A stretch of 64,000 nucleotides of DNA from NCBI RefSeq assembly GCF_000143415.4, contig NW_003314262.1:4896389-4960388 (forward strand), in the 5' to 3' direction. This DNA is from Selaginella moellendorffii (taxonomy: Eukaryota > Plantae > Lycopodiophyta). The position numbers were made by a program, and so were the translations under genes. Below, in pieces: positions 50,377-62,945 of this stretch. The notes under the pieces were generated by a model. It saw nothing but the letters and a program-made list of their open reading frames with translations, did no database searches and was not told where the DNA came from. Within the stretch, counting starts at the first letter, position 1. The number at the start of each line of letters is the position of its first letter.

Positions 50377-51939
50377 CTAACCAGCTGATCCATCCTGGCT
50401 CGCCAATCTCCTCCCATCCTGGTTCGCCCATCTCCTCCGCTCCTCGGCCTCGTCAACCGGGTGGTACCACTCGGGCTTGGTCTTTGGATTGCTCAGCCGA
50501 TAGTTTAGCAGCAGCTCCTCGTTGCAAACGTTCCTGGTTGTGACGAGCACCAGACCTCGCAAATAAGTTGGATCCCTGTCCTTGGCGCTCAAAACCTCCG
50601 GCAATGGAACCTTGCTCCAGCTCTTGCCTCTCCGCTCCATGTTCTTCACGGTGTCGTCCTCGAAGCGGAGATTTGGAATGTAAGGCCGCATGTCCTCCTC
50701 GTGCTCCGGGAAATCGTAGGGGCAGATCATCACGTTCGGGAGCTGGCCTTTCGGGGGATGATTCACGAAGTGAGCCAGAGCCAACGGGTTCCTGCGCTCG
50801 ATCACTTCGATCTTGAGCCTGCTCGGCGGTGGAGTGTCGTCCTCGTCCTTGACTTCGATCAGAGCTTTGAAGCGATCTCCAATCTTCTTCTCTTTGCCAC
50901 CCTGTGATGCAGCTTCTCCCTCGCTCGCCTTGTCTACCATAGCTTCCTCTCCCTGTTCTTCTTTTCTATCTTCCAGATCCTCTTCCTTCTCTTCGGGTTC
51001 ATCGTAGCCATCCCAGAATTCCCTGCTCGTCCCTCCTTTACCCCACGACTTTCCATCGATCACGTAGCCTTCGTACCTCGAGACGAGATAAGGATTGTCG
51101 AGCTTCGGATACCCGGGGATGTACCAGTACTTGGCCGGCGAGTATATGACTCCTGGATACAAAGCCACCACTGTTCCAGTCCTCGCTATCCCTTCCAGAA
51201 ACAATCCTTGGCCAGCATTGTGTCCAGGAACTTCCGAGTCTTTGAGATGGAGTGAAAATCCCAGCTGGTTCTTCAGCGCTTCGTCGATATCGTATTTTCC
51301 CAGCGAGGCTGTTGCTGGAGGACCTGTGCTGCAAAACAAGCTCAAGAACATCACCCAAGAAGAAAAATAAAACAAAACAAAACAAAAAAATGGAGATCGA
51401 AAGAGAGAAAAAGAAAGAAAAATCACCTAAGAGTTTCTGGACTTCGATGTCGGGCTTGCTTTTGGTCACTGCGAATGCGAGCCCGCTGGGCCTCTTAAAT
51501 CCCTCCTCAAGCGATTTTTTTCTCTCGCAACCCGCTAGAAAGATGGTGTCTAGAGCGCGACTGATATTTCTCACTTGGTCGTGGATGTTTTCTTGTACCT
51601 GGTGTTCTTGGTCAGGGAAAGGCACCGTCCTCCCCAGCTGCTCGATCCTGTCCAGATCCTCGTCGGTAGCACTCGAATCCAGCCGACGATAGCTGCGAAG
51701 ATTTCCAGAAATGCCTCAGCGAGACTAGATTTTGCTGCGAGGCAAATACCTCGTCAGAAGAAACAGCCTCGAGATATCGATCTCCTTCTGGACTTTGCGA
51801 TAATCGGGGACCACGATCTTGGATTTCGCGGTGAGGAATCCATCCCAGAGCTGCATGGCAAGAAGAATCGAGTGATTCCAGAGCTACATTTCCGCAGAAT
51901 CGCCACAAGTCTTACCACGCGAAGGCGCTGGATCGCCAT
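50377..51939 (-). CDS. SET domain-containing protein, SETD9/C5orf35-like, multi-exon
   Basis: AGQGLFLEG...VVALYPGVIY, NPYL, NPLALAHFVNHP, PNVMICPYDF and EELLLNYRLS. ATG 51939 followed by short GT-AG introns that join in frame. Confidence 0.85.
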
Positions 51940-51991
51940 TGCTGGGAAAAACCCCTAGGGCTTTAAAAGCATATGCCGGGAATAAGTTCTC

Positions 51992-52019
51992 GTGACGTGG
52001 CAAAATTCTGCCACGTCAC
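51992..52019. promoter_or_regulatory. Inverted pair of TGACGTGGCA bZIP-type (G/C-box, hex-like) elements upstream of the SETD9-like gene
   Basis: GTGACGTGGCA-AAATTC-TGCCACGTCAC, a perfect 11-bp inverted repeat ~50 bp from the ATG. Confidence 0.6.
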
Positions 52020-52169
52020 TAAGTAAAGCCTTTTTACAAGTATTTTGGAGAGAAGCTCAACGAGAAACGCAAACTTACGCGCGAGTAAGCTCCATTCTGG
52101 AAAAAAGGAAAAAAGTGAGATGAAACACACAAACTTTGATGGATTTACCGCAGAAAGAACGAAGATCTC

Positions 52170-54952
52170 TCAGGTGAAGCACTTTGGAAACGTCCAGATG
52201 ATGAAGCGAATGAAAGCATCGGTTTCCAGGAACTCGATGTGAGCGGTGCGGCCGATGAAGGCGTTGAAAGTCCTGGCCTGCGAGGAGATGTCGAAGTTGA
52301 CATCGCAGCGTATCAAGTTTCGCTGCCGGAGTGGCGACGGCGTCTTGAGTTGCAGCAGGCAATTGTGGAGCATGACTGCAAATGCCGGGCCTCGTTTTGC
52401 GTCACGGAGAGCCGCCTGGCACATCTCTATCCTGGCCGAGTGATATGGTACATAGCGATCCTGGAACAAAACCGAGGAAACTATTGAGAGTTTGAAAGTT
52501 TTCGCTTACCTGGGGTGAGGAGAGCAAGATGACATGTTGGAACAGCTCGAAAGTCTTGGCCTGCGAATGCCAAATCGTCACCAAAACACGAAGAACAAAC
52601 ACGATGGTTTGTACCTGGCTTAGCTTGAAAAGAAAAGAGTCCTCGATATTCGTCTTGTCGGAGAAAGTTAGCTGGTGCATCAAAGCCGAGCCTTTCCATT
52701 TCTTCAGTATCCAGAGGCCCGAGTTGAAAAGCGGGTTTGAGCTGTAGAGATAGCCGAGATGTGGACCAGATATGGATAAGAAAGTGTACAAGTACTTGAG
52801 GTAAGGTTGCAATGAAGTCTCTGCGAACAAAATCATACCAAGACAATTTAAAAGCTGTGGAAAAATACAACTATATACCCATCAATGCAGCTCGAATGAT
52901 CAGATTCCCGATAGAGTGTCCCACAAAACTGATCTTAAAGTTTCTGTAGGCTCCATATTTCCTTGGTTTGCTCATTCTCGACTTTAGAAACTCGGCCGCT
53001 TCGTCTGCCAGCCGGCCTCCTAGCTCGGACAAGTCGCCGGACGTTCGCTCCTCGTTGGCGAGAGACATAAGAACCTCGGCTTCAGGATCAGCTAAAAGCC
53101 AGTGATTGCGAACGAGTCTCAAATCCAAATGGTGGCCCTGAGTCGATCAATGAGTTAAAATTGTTGTAAGTGAATAAAAAACAGTAGAATACTTACTTGA
53201 AAACCATGAACAAATATTATCAGCCTTAACTCGTCGATGCCTCTGCCACTTGTTTCTTCGGCATCTCCAATCTGTTCATGCTCCACAAAGATAATGGGTT
53301 GTTGTGAAGGCCTTCCAAACAAATGCATATCTTCAAAGTCACATCCAATCTGCAAAGCTAAAAGATTAAAAAACATCCCACTTGAGCCATGCCATAACAA
53401 AATAGATTTCGTACCGGTGTTTGCATGAGACTTTTCCGATGTATCTCAGCACGATTTACTGCCCATTTCTAAACAGAAAACAAAAAAAAGAATGATTAAA
53501 TCACTAAGTCTTTGCAGCAACGTACATCTTCAGACTCCCTCGTGCCAGTAAGCTCTGAATGCCTCACCCACATGAGACAGTGAGCGTATCTTTCTTGATT
53601 CCAAGAATTGCGGAGCGAGGTGCAAAAGAAATCCTTGTTTTCCCTGTAGCTAAAGTATCAACAAGGAAAGTGTACAAGTGTATGTACCTATGAAGTTTCA
53701 TGAAAAGATTCCATAGGCCAGAGAGCTGATCCTCAAGCTCTTGGCTTGCTCCTTTATTCCCCTGTAAAGTTTCCAAAGTCGTCTCAGGCACAAAAACTAG
53801 AATAAAATAATGAAGCGTCATACCGTGATCTCCTCTTGAAGCTGCTCTATGCTTCCAAACGCGTTGAGCAGCGACACAAGAGCATTCCTAGATGAAAGCA
53901 GTACTTTATGCACTTCCACGCTCTATGACCTGGAGATGTTAGAGAATCAGTCGTTGTTTAGCACCCTCTACGAACCTTTAACGAGTTTCTGGTAGCAAGG
54001 TTGTAACCGGCTGCATTATATGGAGAAAGAGTAGAGATTTGCGAAGCTTACCCTTCAGTTGCAGCATGAAGAGGTTCGATCTCGTGGTGCGAAGTGCTGA
54101 GTATCACCGTGTGTACGAAGACATCGACCAGAGCCATATGGCTTGCATCAAAGTGCAAAGGACAGTAAGCGTGTGCACCGTGAACAGCTCGCGGCGAAAG
54201 CCGGTAACAGTGGCTTGCAACGGTGGGTAACTCCATATGCATCGAGTTGAAAAACCTTCCAAAGACAAGAGAAAAAGGAAAACACGTAACTAAGAGCGTG
54301 AGATGGATGCAAACTCGTACAAAAAGCCGTCCAAAGGAGCAAAAAGGAGGTGGAACTTGATGAGAGCTGATGAGTTGAGAATCTCCTGCAAAGTGATCCA
54401 ACGAACGGTGTATCAGCAAAAGCAAAAGTGAAAGAGAAAAGAGAGGAAAAAGGAAAGAGGAAAAAGGAGACCTCCACAGATTTAAAAGCAAGGCTGAACG
54501 AGACCATCATAGCCAGAAACACGTCTTGGCGAGCATACTTGATCTTGAAAGGGCGTGTGCAGAAGCTGTGATCGGTGTCATTTATATGCCAAACAGTCGA
54601 GAGTCCATCGCTCGCACCTAAGTAACAAGACAAGAACGCGCGTTCAAAGAGATACAAAAAAACCAAGAAAGAAAAACAAAACTTCGAGGGAAAATCTCAA
54701 GAAAAAATTGGAAGGAAGATGACCTTCGTATTGCACGACTCGAGTGGGAATTCCAGCTTCTCGATCGTTTCCCTCCCAAGCGCAAGTGACCTTCAATGCA
54801 TACCATCTGGATGGATGGGGCGGCAGCGGGATTTCTAGCTCAAATCTCGAAGAATTCTGGAAGAGAGGAACGCATTTTTCTTACCCTTGCTGCCAGAGAT
54901 CCAGGTTGTGGAAGCGCTCGATGTACAAGGAAACCTCAAGCGCAATGTCCAT
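52170..54952 (-). CDS. FAM135-like / DUF676 putative serine esterase, multi-exon
   Basis: EVSLYIERFHNLDLWQQGWY, IIFVHGFQGHHLDLRLVRN, SFVGHSIGNLIIR, SGPHLGYLY, SPQDRYVPYHSARI and IGRTAHIEFLE. Confidence 0.9.
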
Positions 54953-55325
54953 TTCGTCCACTAGCACCAACAAGCCCTACATTTGGGTTTACTTTACACT
55001 TCCTTTGTATGTGTGCTTTCTTTGAGTTTAATAAATTGTTACCTAAATTTATAGCATAAAAAAATTAAAGTGTTTAGCTTAAATACCTTTAACGTTTTGT
55101 TTGTGTGTTTTAAATTTACTTCAGATAATCTGCGGTAAAAAGCTTATCACTCAACAAACACGTTTCATCTCACAATAGGACAAAACATATATATATTCAT
55201 TATGCCAAAGACAGATTTAGTGTAGCTCCTTGCCCTTTAATTTCTGTAATTTTATTCTTTCACTCCTCCTCAAGGTACGATTGCAGCTCCTATTGCAGCT
55301 ACTGTGCTTGGAACATAAGATGCTA

Positions 55326-56950
55326 TTAGCCATAGCAAGAGCAGAACATGTAATGACATTCAAGAGTATGCCCAGCAGGTTTCTGGAACTTGGTTTCGAG
55401 AGGGGATAAAAGCAGATTTAGTTGCCCATAGTTGACAAACACATCCGCATGATTGTCATAGCGGATCACCACCCCGTCACTCACACAATTTCCAAAGCAA
55501 CCAATCCACACAAAGTAGGTGTAGTAAGGCTTCTCTCCCTTGAATAAAAAAGGCTCCTTTTCCTTGACTCTGAGCAGGAACTTCTGCTTGTTATCATACA
55601 TTTGCTCCGGGTTAAGGTCGTCCATGATACCGGCTTGTAGCACAAATGCTTTGCGATACATGGCAACACTGATCACCGGCCACACAGCAGTGGCTGGGTC
55701 GGAATCCAAGTAGACCTCCATGAAGTCGTCCACCATTTATCGCGTGCGCTCCTCCACAATCTTTCTGCCACAATCTTTTCTCCCACAGGAACCAGCCCCG
55801 CAGCCTCAGCACCGTTGCGACTGCCAAAGTGCAATTCCATCACCATAGTACTCTTGTGCGAGAAGAGGGGCTAGCCATGGAAGAGGACCTCTTCCATGCC
55901 GAGTGTGGCACCCTGGATTGCTCGCACAGGCAAGCGCATCTCCCGTCCTTGTTCTTGTACAGAAAATCCCCATTCCCGGCATTGTTGAACTCGTTCAACT
56001 GACCGCTTTTAAGCTCAGAGCCGCCAAAGCCTCCAATGCCCATGCACTGGCCGGGCCTTTCTCGAGCTTGCCAAGGGCATCGTCAACCCCATCGGCATAA
56101 TAGGTAAGTACAAGAGGGCGGTAGTAGAACTTCAGGAGCAGCGGCGAGAACCCGGTGAGGTGCCGCACACTGTCGTCCACCGGCGGCTTACCGGCGTGCC
56201 GCGCAAACCAGTTGAGCTCCTCGCCATCGAAGGTTTCTGGCATGTCAAAGAAGGCATTTGCAACACCACAGTCGGGAGAGGCACCAGCGCGAGCACAGAA
56301 ACCAAGGACCCCTCCCTCTGTTATGTCTTTCAGGAGATCCATAGCGGCCCTCTTATCCTCCGCTGTTCTGTCGGGGATAGCGAGCATGAAGCAGAGCTTC
56401 TCTGGGCGGTTCTTGATCCACTGTACTAGACGATCGCGGGACTTGAGGGCCATGATCTCGTTCACGACGGCCGCTTCACCACCAAAAGCCACGCCCAGGT
56501 TGGACTGGAGGACAACCAAGGGCATGCATCTGAAGAAGGGTCCGCAGAGATACACCGCCTGGGAGGGGAGTTGTGCCTTAGAACTGAGCAGGAGGACGCT
56601 ATCGACTTACCTTGCATCGGTTTTGCGTCGTGAGAAAGGCAGCGAGTGTGGCGAGTAGGAAAGTTTTGCCACAGCCGGGTAGCCCCCTGATGCATCCACG
56701 GCCGCCGGGCGCTAGGCTTGTGACAAAGGCGGCAGCGTCACGGAAGCAGGCCCGGCCCATGAAGTCGCTCCAGATGGTCTCCTCTAGGAAGTCCGAGGGC
56801 AGGCGCACAGGAGTGAGAGAGCGCTCGCTGCACAGCTGCTGCTCGGCCACCCCGCACAGGCTCTTCTGCATCTCCTGCCAGCTTTCGATGATCCTCCAAG
56901 CCATCTAAATCCTTGAAAACATTGCTAGGTTTTTTGCCTCCAAGCGCCAA
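55326..56950 (-). pseudogene. Crinkler(CRN)-like P-loop NTPase plus putative restriction-endonuclease-fold domain, frameshifted
   Basis: FMGR...Walker A GLPGCGKT. 52-nt in-frame intron 56610-56559. LTGFSPLLL helical motif. Several frameshifts between ~56000 and ~55740. Downstream RGWFLWE and D...VLQ motifs are suggestive of an REase fold. Confidence 0.6.
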
Positions 56951-59439
56951 CAACGTGTGCGACGCAATATATTGGAGAGCCCACGAAGATCTCGATAGAA
57001 TTCCCCCGTTCTTGATGGAGCAACACTGTGAAAACTCTTTCCAGACATTGGATTTTTAATAAAAGCGCGTTAAACTCTTTCTTAGAGGCATAAAAAAGCT
57101 CAGGTATATTCATCAAAGCTTATCTTTTAGTGAGAAAGGTTAACTAGGATTTCATCTTGCAGGATAACCAGAGCTACTTCAAAGAGCTCATATTCTTGAA
57201 AAAACCTGGCTATAGAAATGAAATATAAAGTATTATAAACCCCAATATAGATCAAACATTGAAACATCGATGACCTAATCAGAAAATGTATTTTATCCTA
57301 TTGACTTGGTGTAGTATGGATTTCACAACTATTAAGGCTGCACTGTGTTCTTTCTATAGCTATTTTCTTCTATTTTCATGTGTTTATTATTTGTGTGCAA
57401 GCTTCATTTGTAAGTTTTATATTTCTTTTTGGCTTGCTTCAGATAGTGAATATAACTAGAATATGCTTGAATATTCTAGGATATTCAAATATCTAATGGT
57501 TGTTATTTATTTAGATTAACCTTGTATTTATAATTTATAAACATGTTTCTAATGTATAAACTTTCCAAAACTCTTCCTAGTATAGTTTAGTTTATTTTAC
57601 CATCTAATGGTTGATATTCAATAAAATTAATCTTGTGTTTATAAATTATAAGCATGTTTGTAATTTTTTATTAATTAATTTATTCAATAAGAATAACATT
57701 ACTATTAAGCAAACCAAGTGTTGCTGCATGCAACATGCAGCAATTTTTTTATAAAAACAATTCTATCCCATTAAATCATCTTTAATTACTATTTTACATA
57801 TTTTGATTCCTTGCTAGTATTTAAATATGCATGCTAGAAAAATATATTTACAATATAAATAGATAAGTATATATACTATCTAATGGCATAAGATCTAGAG
57901 AGAGACACACACACACACACATGTATTTTCTTGCCTAAGTAATCACTAATTATAGTATTATAGCAACTTGGGGCTAAATCATTCTTATATATAACAAAAG
58001 GTCTAAACCCCAATTAATGTATCTATTCCTATATCTCAAACATTCACACTGGTAGAGGTAAAAGGTATTATAATTTATTTTTAGAAGGCAAAGCTTTTTA
58101 ATAGTGTTTTACTCTAGTGTTCAGGATTATTTTTATTCTTTTATTCTTTTTTAAATCTAAATCTGTATTAACTTTTTGCAAGATCTAGAATTCTAGCTAT
58201 CATTATATTTAGTTTTGATTTTCATTTTAAATCTTCATTACATTCCTTTCTTCCACCATACCATGCTGTCATTGATCAAAGAGTATATCATTTGAAGTTG
58301 CTAATGTTATTCTATTGGATCAAGCTTTGGTGTTGTGGGGTATGATTATGTTGGTATTACACCCATCCTTCATGTATTACTATTTCTAACTTTTGTGAAA
58401 CATGATTACACAATTGTTTTTGTTCTCAGTGTGTTGCCATCTATTGTTGATATAAAGCATGACCATCACATTAATTGGAAAATTATGGATGATGCAATCT
58501 AGTTTTTGGAAAATGTTCAAAGATCAAATTTATAGGAAGATGATATATATGAGCTCGAGTGGATTTTAGATTGTGATGATGAGCTTGATTTATATAAAAA
58601 TAATTTTTTTGATTAAATAGAAATTTCATGGAATATATATCAATCCTTCAATTTTCCATTTGATCCTTTCTTTTTACCTTTTAATTTTTCCCAAATTTTT
58701 TATATCTAAACCACTTTCTTGTATTCCTAGCATTTTTTCCTTATTTGTAGTGTTTTTTTCCTTTGGCATATTGATTATTTATAACTTTTATAATTGTTAT
58801 TCTTAACTTAGTATTCCTCTTCATACTAATCTTGATATTAAGTATGTGCATGAAATTGAAAATTTTACTTTTGTTTCGTTAACAATGTCTTTGATCAGTT
58901 CTAGTGTTAAATATCCACCTATTTCAAAAATTGAGTTACTTTGGCTAGAGTTTTGGGTTGAATATATATCCCTATTTATAAGTGTTATAAAGAATCTTTA
59001 TTTTACTATTGTTATTAAAGAATTTATGTGTTCCTTTGAGATTATGGACATTTATATTAATTTTCTCATCTCGAAGTGTTGAGTTATGTGTTGAATAGGT
59101 TGAGCACTGTGAATCTTTTGATTATATTATAATGGCTGAAGTATTTTATAATAAATCCTAAACTTTGAGCATATATCTTTTTTTATTTTCCTATTTCCAC
59201 ATTGATAATTATTACAATTTAAAACATTTGAAAATATAAAAACACTTAAATCAATTGTTAAATCCCGAAAATTCCTTTACTAATCTTTTTTTATCCATTT
59301 TTTTTCTTCCACTCCTCAATTTTTCTTGTTTTCTCCTCTTTGCCCTAATGCTTCAAAGCTTGCATCCATGTAAAAATTAATAACACTGAAGCAACTCTAT
59401 TTTAAATTGGTTTGTACTTTCAATAAAAAGTCAACCAAG

Positions 59440-60800
59440 ACATTTTGAGTCCGGTAAAAGTTCGTGGTGGTAATTCACGACTGCATCGCACAAATGATGC
59501 CCCATGGAGCAGCTTGCAAATCGACGTTCTGGCAAACATGCTGGCTGCTTCTATACGTGGTGGCGTGCAGCTTCATCCACTTATCACACCACATGCACAA
59601 ATTAGCCTTGCCACTGCTTTGCCAACAGCTGCGGCCAAACTCCAGGTGGGACATGGTCTTCAGTTCCAGCGCTCCCTTTCCTCAGGTAACTTGACGCTTT
59701 AAGTTTGATCTTCTTCTTGACTGACTCAGTTTTTTGCAGGTAGCATTCGTTTCCTCAGGAAAGCTCGCAAATGGACTTTATCAAACGGAATCCCAGGAAG
59801 AAGGATTGGTGGAGAGGGAGCAGCTCATCCGATCCTTATATCTACACGCCGTTTTCAGAGAGCCGAAAAAGATTCAGCTCATCTGGATAGTTGAAGTTCT
59901 TGTTGAAGTTGCAAATCCTTTGTGCCTTCGAAATCCACGTTGAGAGTATATGCATCAGCCGGGGGAATTCGAGGCATTTCCACAGTCCTTTGTCTTACCT
60001 CCGAATGGATCGAAAGTTTTGTCACTCGCTGGAAGGCCACGTTCGACCGGGTCACTGACAGTACGGGAATACTTTGTGAACTACAACGGCGTTGTTACCG
60101 AGCACTGTTTTGGGGGCACAAATGCTGAGAGAGGCTTGTTCCTGGCAGATCCATTCCGAAGCTCGGGCAGAAGTGGGTTAAAGCTCCGAAACAAGCCTCT
60201 CCCGGACATCAAAGTTATCCCTCCACTGCCGTCTCTAGTAGTGGACGTTGAGAGGGCGTGGTAGTTTTATACGAGGGGGAGGTTCGAAACATGACGATCG
60301 AGCTTTGCAACATTGGTTCCGTGCCAGTTATAGAGGCGAACATATCAATGGTGGCAAGGCGCCGCGAGCGCAGAGGAAGAGAAAGTCACTTCACTAAATC
60401 TTGGACAGGAAGCTTTTCTGCATGTCCATTATGCAGGTACGTAGCCAGTTTATCTTGTGGAACTAACCAAAGGACCTTTTCACGGGTTCTCCAACGCGGA
60501 CGACGAACTCTCTCTCGGTAGGCGGCTGAGTAGTCGTTTGAGGATTCAAGTTCTTCAAGGCCTTCGTCTTGTGAATTCACGGCTGCTGTCGATGGAGATT
60601 CCTCTCCAACTAAGCAGTACTCTCCGCAAGGCCGAAGCAAACGCCACAGTGAGAATTGATCCTTACAGGGGAAACTGGAACCTCCAAGTTCTCGAGCTAG
60701 AGCTGTGGAATGGAAAGGATGCTTTCTCCACCACGAAAGCTGTACTCGAGCTTGACTTTATGGCAACAAGCTCCGGTCCCTCGTCCGGAAGTGGCAATCA
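59440..60800 (+). pseudogene. TRS120: Internal fragment of TRAPP II subunit TRS120/TRAPPC9 with deletions and frameshifts
   Basis: WSSLQIDVL..ML, QISLATAL, VLVEVANP, FEAFPQSFVLPPNGSKVLSLAG, GLFLADPFRS, VIPPLPSLV, LYEGEVR and LLSMEIP. N- and C-termini are absent and reading frames shift. Confidence 0.85.
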
Positions 60801-61397
60801 CTGATTGAAGTTTGATGTGAAGACGACAGAGTAAGGCTTTCTTATATGGTTTTCCTTAATTTCTAAACATTGTACCATTGATTAATGAGGTCATTCATGT
60901 ATTGCTTGCAAGCATAACTTGGCTTGAAAAATGTTGTCCTTGTCATAAGGATCCCTTGCGGTTCTGTTATTCCAAGAGAGATTTGAAAAAGGTCAGTTAT
61001 AAAGGATTCTCGCCCTGAATACATATTAATCTCATTCCAGGCTCTGCATTCTTGCAACAGGAAAAACAAAAATGAAGAACTTACATGTATGCAAACTTGA
61101 CCATATCTTCCTCCGTCCTTGCTAGCTGAAAACCAATGAATCTAAAAAGTTTTGTACTAGGAGGTTTAACTATACTGGACCAAATTAACTTTTAAAAGCC
61201 CAAAGGTTTCGTCCCTTTTCAAGTCGTCCTTTATCTTATTCTAAGGTAGATTTTTATTCTTGTTGTCTTTTTGAGTGCTGTGCTCGTTTTCCCTGTTTCT
61301 CTTCTTTAGCTTGCAAGTAAGAAAGAAAACAGAGGCATAATTACGTTATTATTTGTATTTATAATATGATCATGTTTTTTTAGTAACAATTTATTTA

Positions 61398-62945
61398 TTA
61401 CTTATGTCTTTTACAATTTAATTTACCACAAACTGAGCCTTGGTACTTCCCTTTTTTAAATTTCCATGTGCAAGTCTTAACTTGTAGCTGAACAGGAGTG
61501 TTTGCCATCCCCATAGTGGCTACAGCAGTGCTCGCTATAGTAGTGTTCATAGTAGTTATAGCAGCAGTAGTAGATGTAGCAGTAGCAGTAGATGTAGCAG
61601 CAGCAGCAGCAGGAGCAATAGATGTAGCAGTAGCAGTAGATGTAGCAGCAGCAGCTGTAGTCAAAGCTATCTTTGGTGCTTGCGGTAGTTTTGCAGGGAC
61701 ATCTTCATGTGCAGCAACAACATCGTTTGCAGCATCATGTATTCGCGCTGTCAAATAGCTGCATGCAACATTCCGCAAATGCTTGCAAAGAACATGTGAA
61801 GCTCCTCCATAATTGAAAACACATCCCGTGCTCGCACCAAATGGGACGATATGTTCACTCTTCGCACCCAAAATGACGTTCATGAATTTTCTCACTTGAC
61901 TACAGTCTAGCGTCGAAATGAAAGCCACTAGTCGGTCTTCATAGCTGTCCATTACTTCATGTAGATCTGTCTCATTATCTATCATCAGGAATTTGATGCA
62001 TTTTCCACACATATCAGAGTTCACAGCATTTAGACCAAAATGCCGGACTAAACAAGTGTACTCATTATCAGAGAGCTCAGGGCGGGCACAAATGTGGGGG
62101 ATTCTACCAGGCGCCTCTGGTGGCCGTATCTCGGTTAAATCTGTCACAAAGAGACTGATATGCAGAGAAAGGATTGGTCTTAACGCTTTGTCCATAACTC
62201 CTCCACCGTCAATAATGAAAATGATAGTCTCTGACAAATCGCTCACCCATTCGGCTATTTTCTCCATGTCCCTTCCAATTCTAGCAAGGGACTCAAGCTT
62301 GATAGGATCATGGAGGAATGTAAAGACAAGAGATGCGTAGAAAACATCAGCTGGGATGAGCTTATAATCCTGATACGGTAGCAGGCATACAGGTTTTCTA
62401 GCATCAAGGCCATCTTTCACAGCTTCTGTCCCGTCAGGGCTTAAATGCCTACCTCTGGCATTTGTATCTGCTGAAGAAGAAGAAGCACAAAATTCTTGAA
62501 TTTGGCATACATTAACACCGTCTTTCTGCAAAGACATGGCACCGACTCCATGCAGGTTAGTGTCCGTGTTCTCTACTCGTTCTGCATCTTCTGGAGCTTT
62601 TAGCTTGTCATTTGTAGCATCAAGGCCCAAATGCCCGGTCTGAGTATGTGCTGCAGGGCAGCCTAAATGCCACAAGTGGCAAAACAATACAACTCCTAGA
62701 ACCCGTTTGCCACACCCGGACGGCCCCCCAAGAACGAGTTTCTCTCTAGCTCGCATTTTTGAGACCCTTTCTGCAACTTCTACAAATTGTTCTCGCCCCA
62801 TGTACCGCACCTGACCCACAAGATGAAATGCCGGGTATGGGAACTCAATGGGCTTGCCCGAGGGATCTGCCAGATTCTTGCCCCAGAACAAGCTACAAAT
62901 CAGATCTCCTGTCTCCCTGGAGAAGTTTAGGATCTTTTGATCCAT
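61398..62945 (-). CDS. CRN-like P-loop NTPase with an Ala/Thr-rich linker and a C-terminal Cys/His (zinc-finger-like) motif; intronless
   Basis: YMGREQF...LVLGGPSGCGKR (Walker A), IIFIIDG (Walker B). Same motif order as 55995-56904. Probable ATG at 62945, because the ORF portion upstream of it is antisense to a paralog fragment. Confidence 0.7.
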   Translation of the reverse strand: MDQKILNFSRETGDLICSLFWGKNLADPSGKPIEFPYPAFHLVGQVRYMGREQFVEVAERVSKMRAREKLVLGGPSGCGKRVLGVVLFCHLWHLGCPAAHTQTGHLGLDATNDKLKAPEDAERVENTDTNLHGVGAMSLQKDGVNVCQIQEFCASSSSADTNARGRHLSPDGTEAVKDGLDARKPVCLLPYQDYKLIPADVFYASLVFTFLHDPIKLESLARIGRDMEKIAEWVSDLSETIIFIIDGGGVMDKALRPILSLHISLFVTDLTEIRPPEAPGRIPHICARPELSDNEYTCLVRHFGLNAVNSDMCGKCIKFLMIDNETDLHEVMDSYEDRLVAFISTLDCSQVRKFMNVILGAKSEHIVPFGASTGCVFNYGGASHVLCKHLRNVACSYLTARIHDAANDVVAAHEDVPAKLPQAPKIALTTAAAATSTATATSIAPAAAAATSTATATSTTAAITTMNTTIASTAVATMGMANTPVQLQVKTCTWKFKKGKYQGSVCGKLNCKRHK

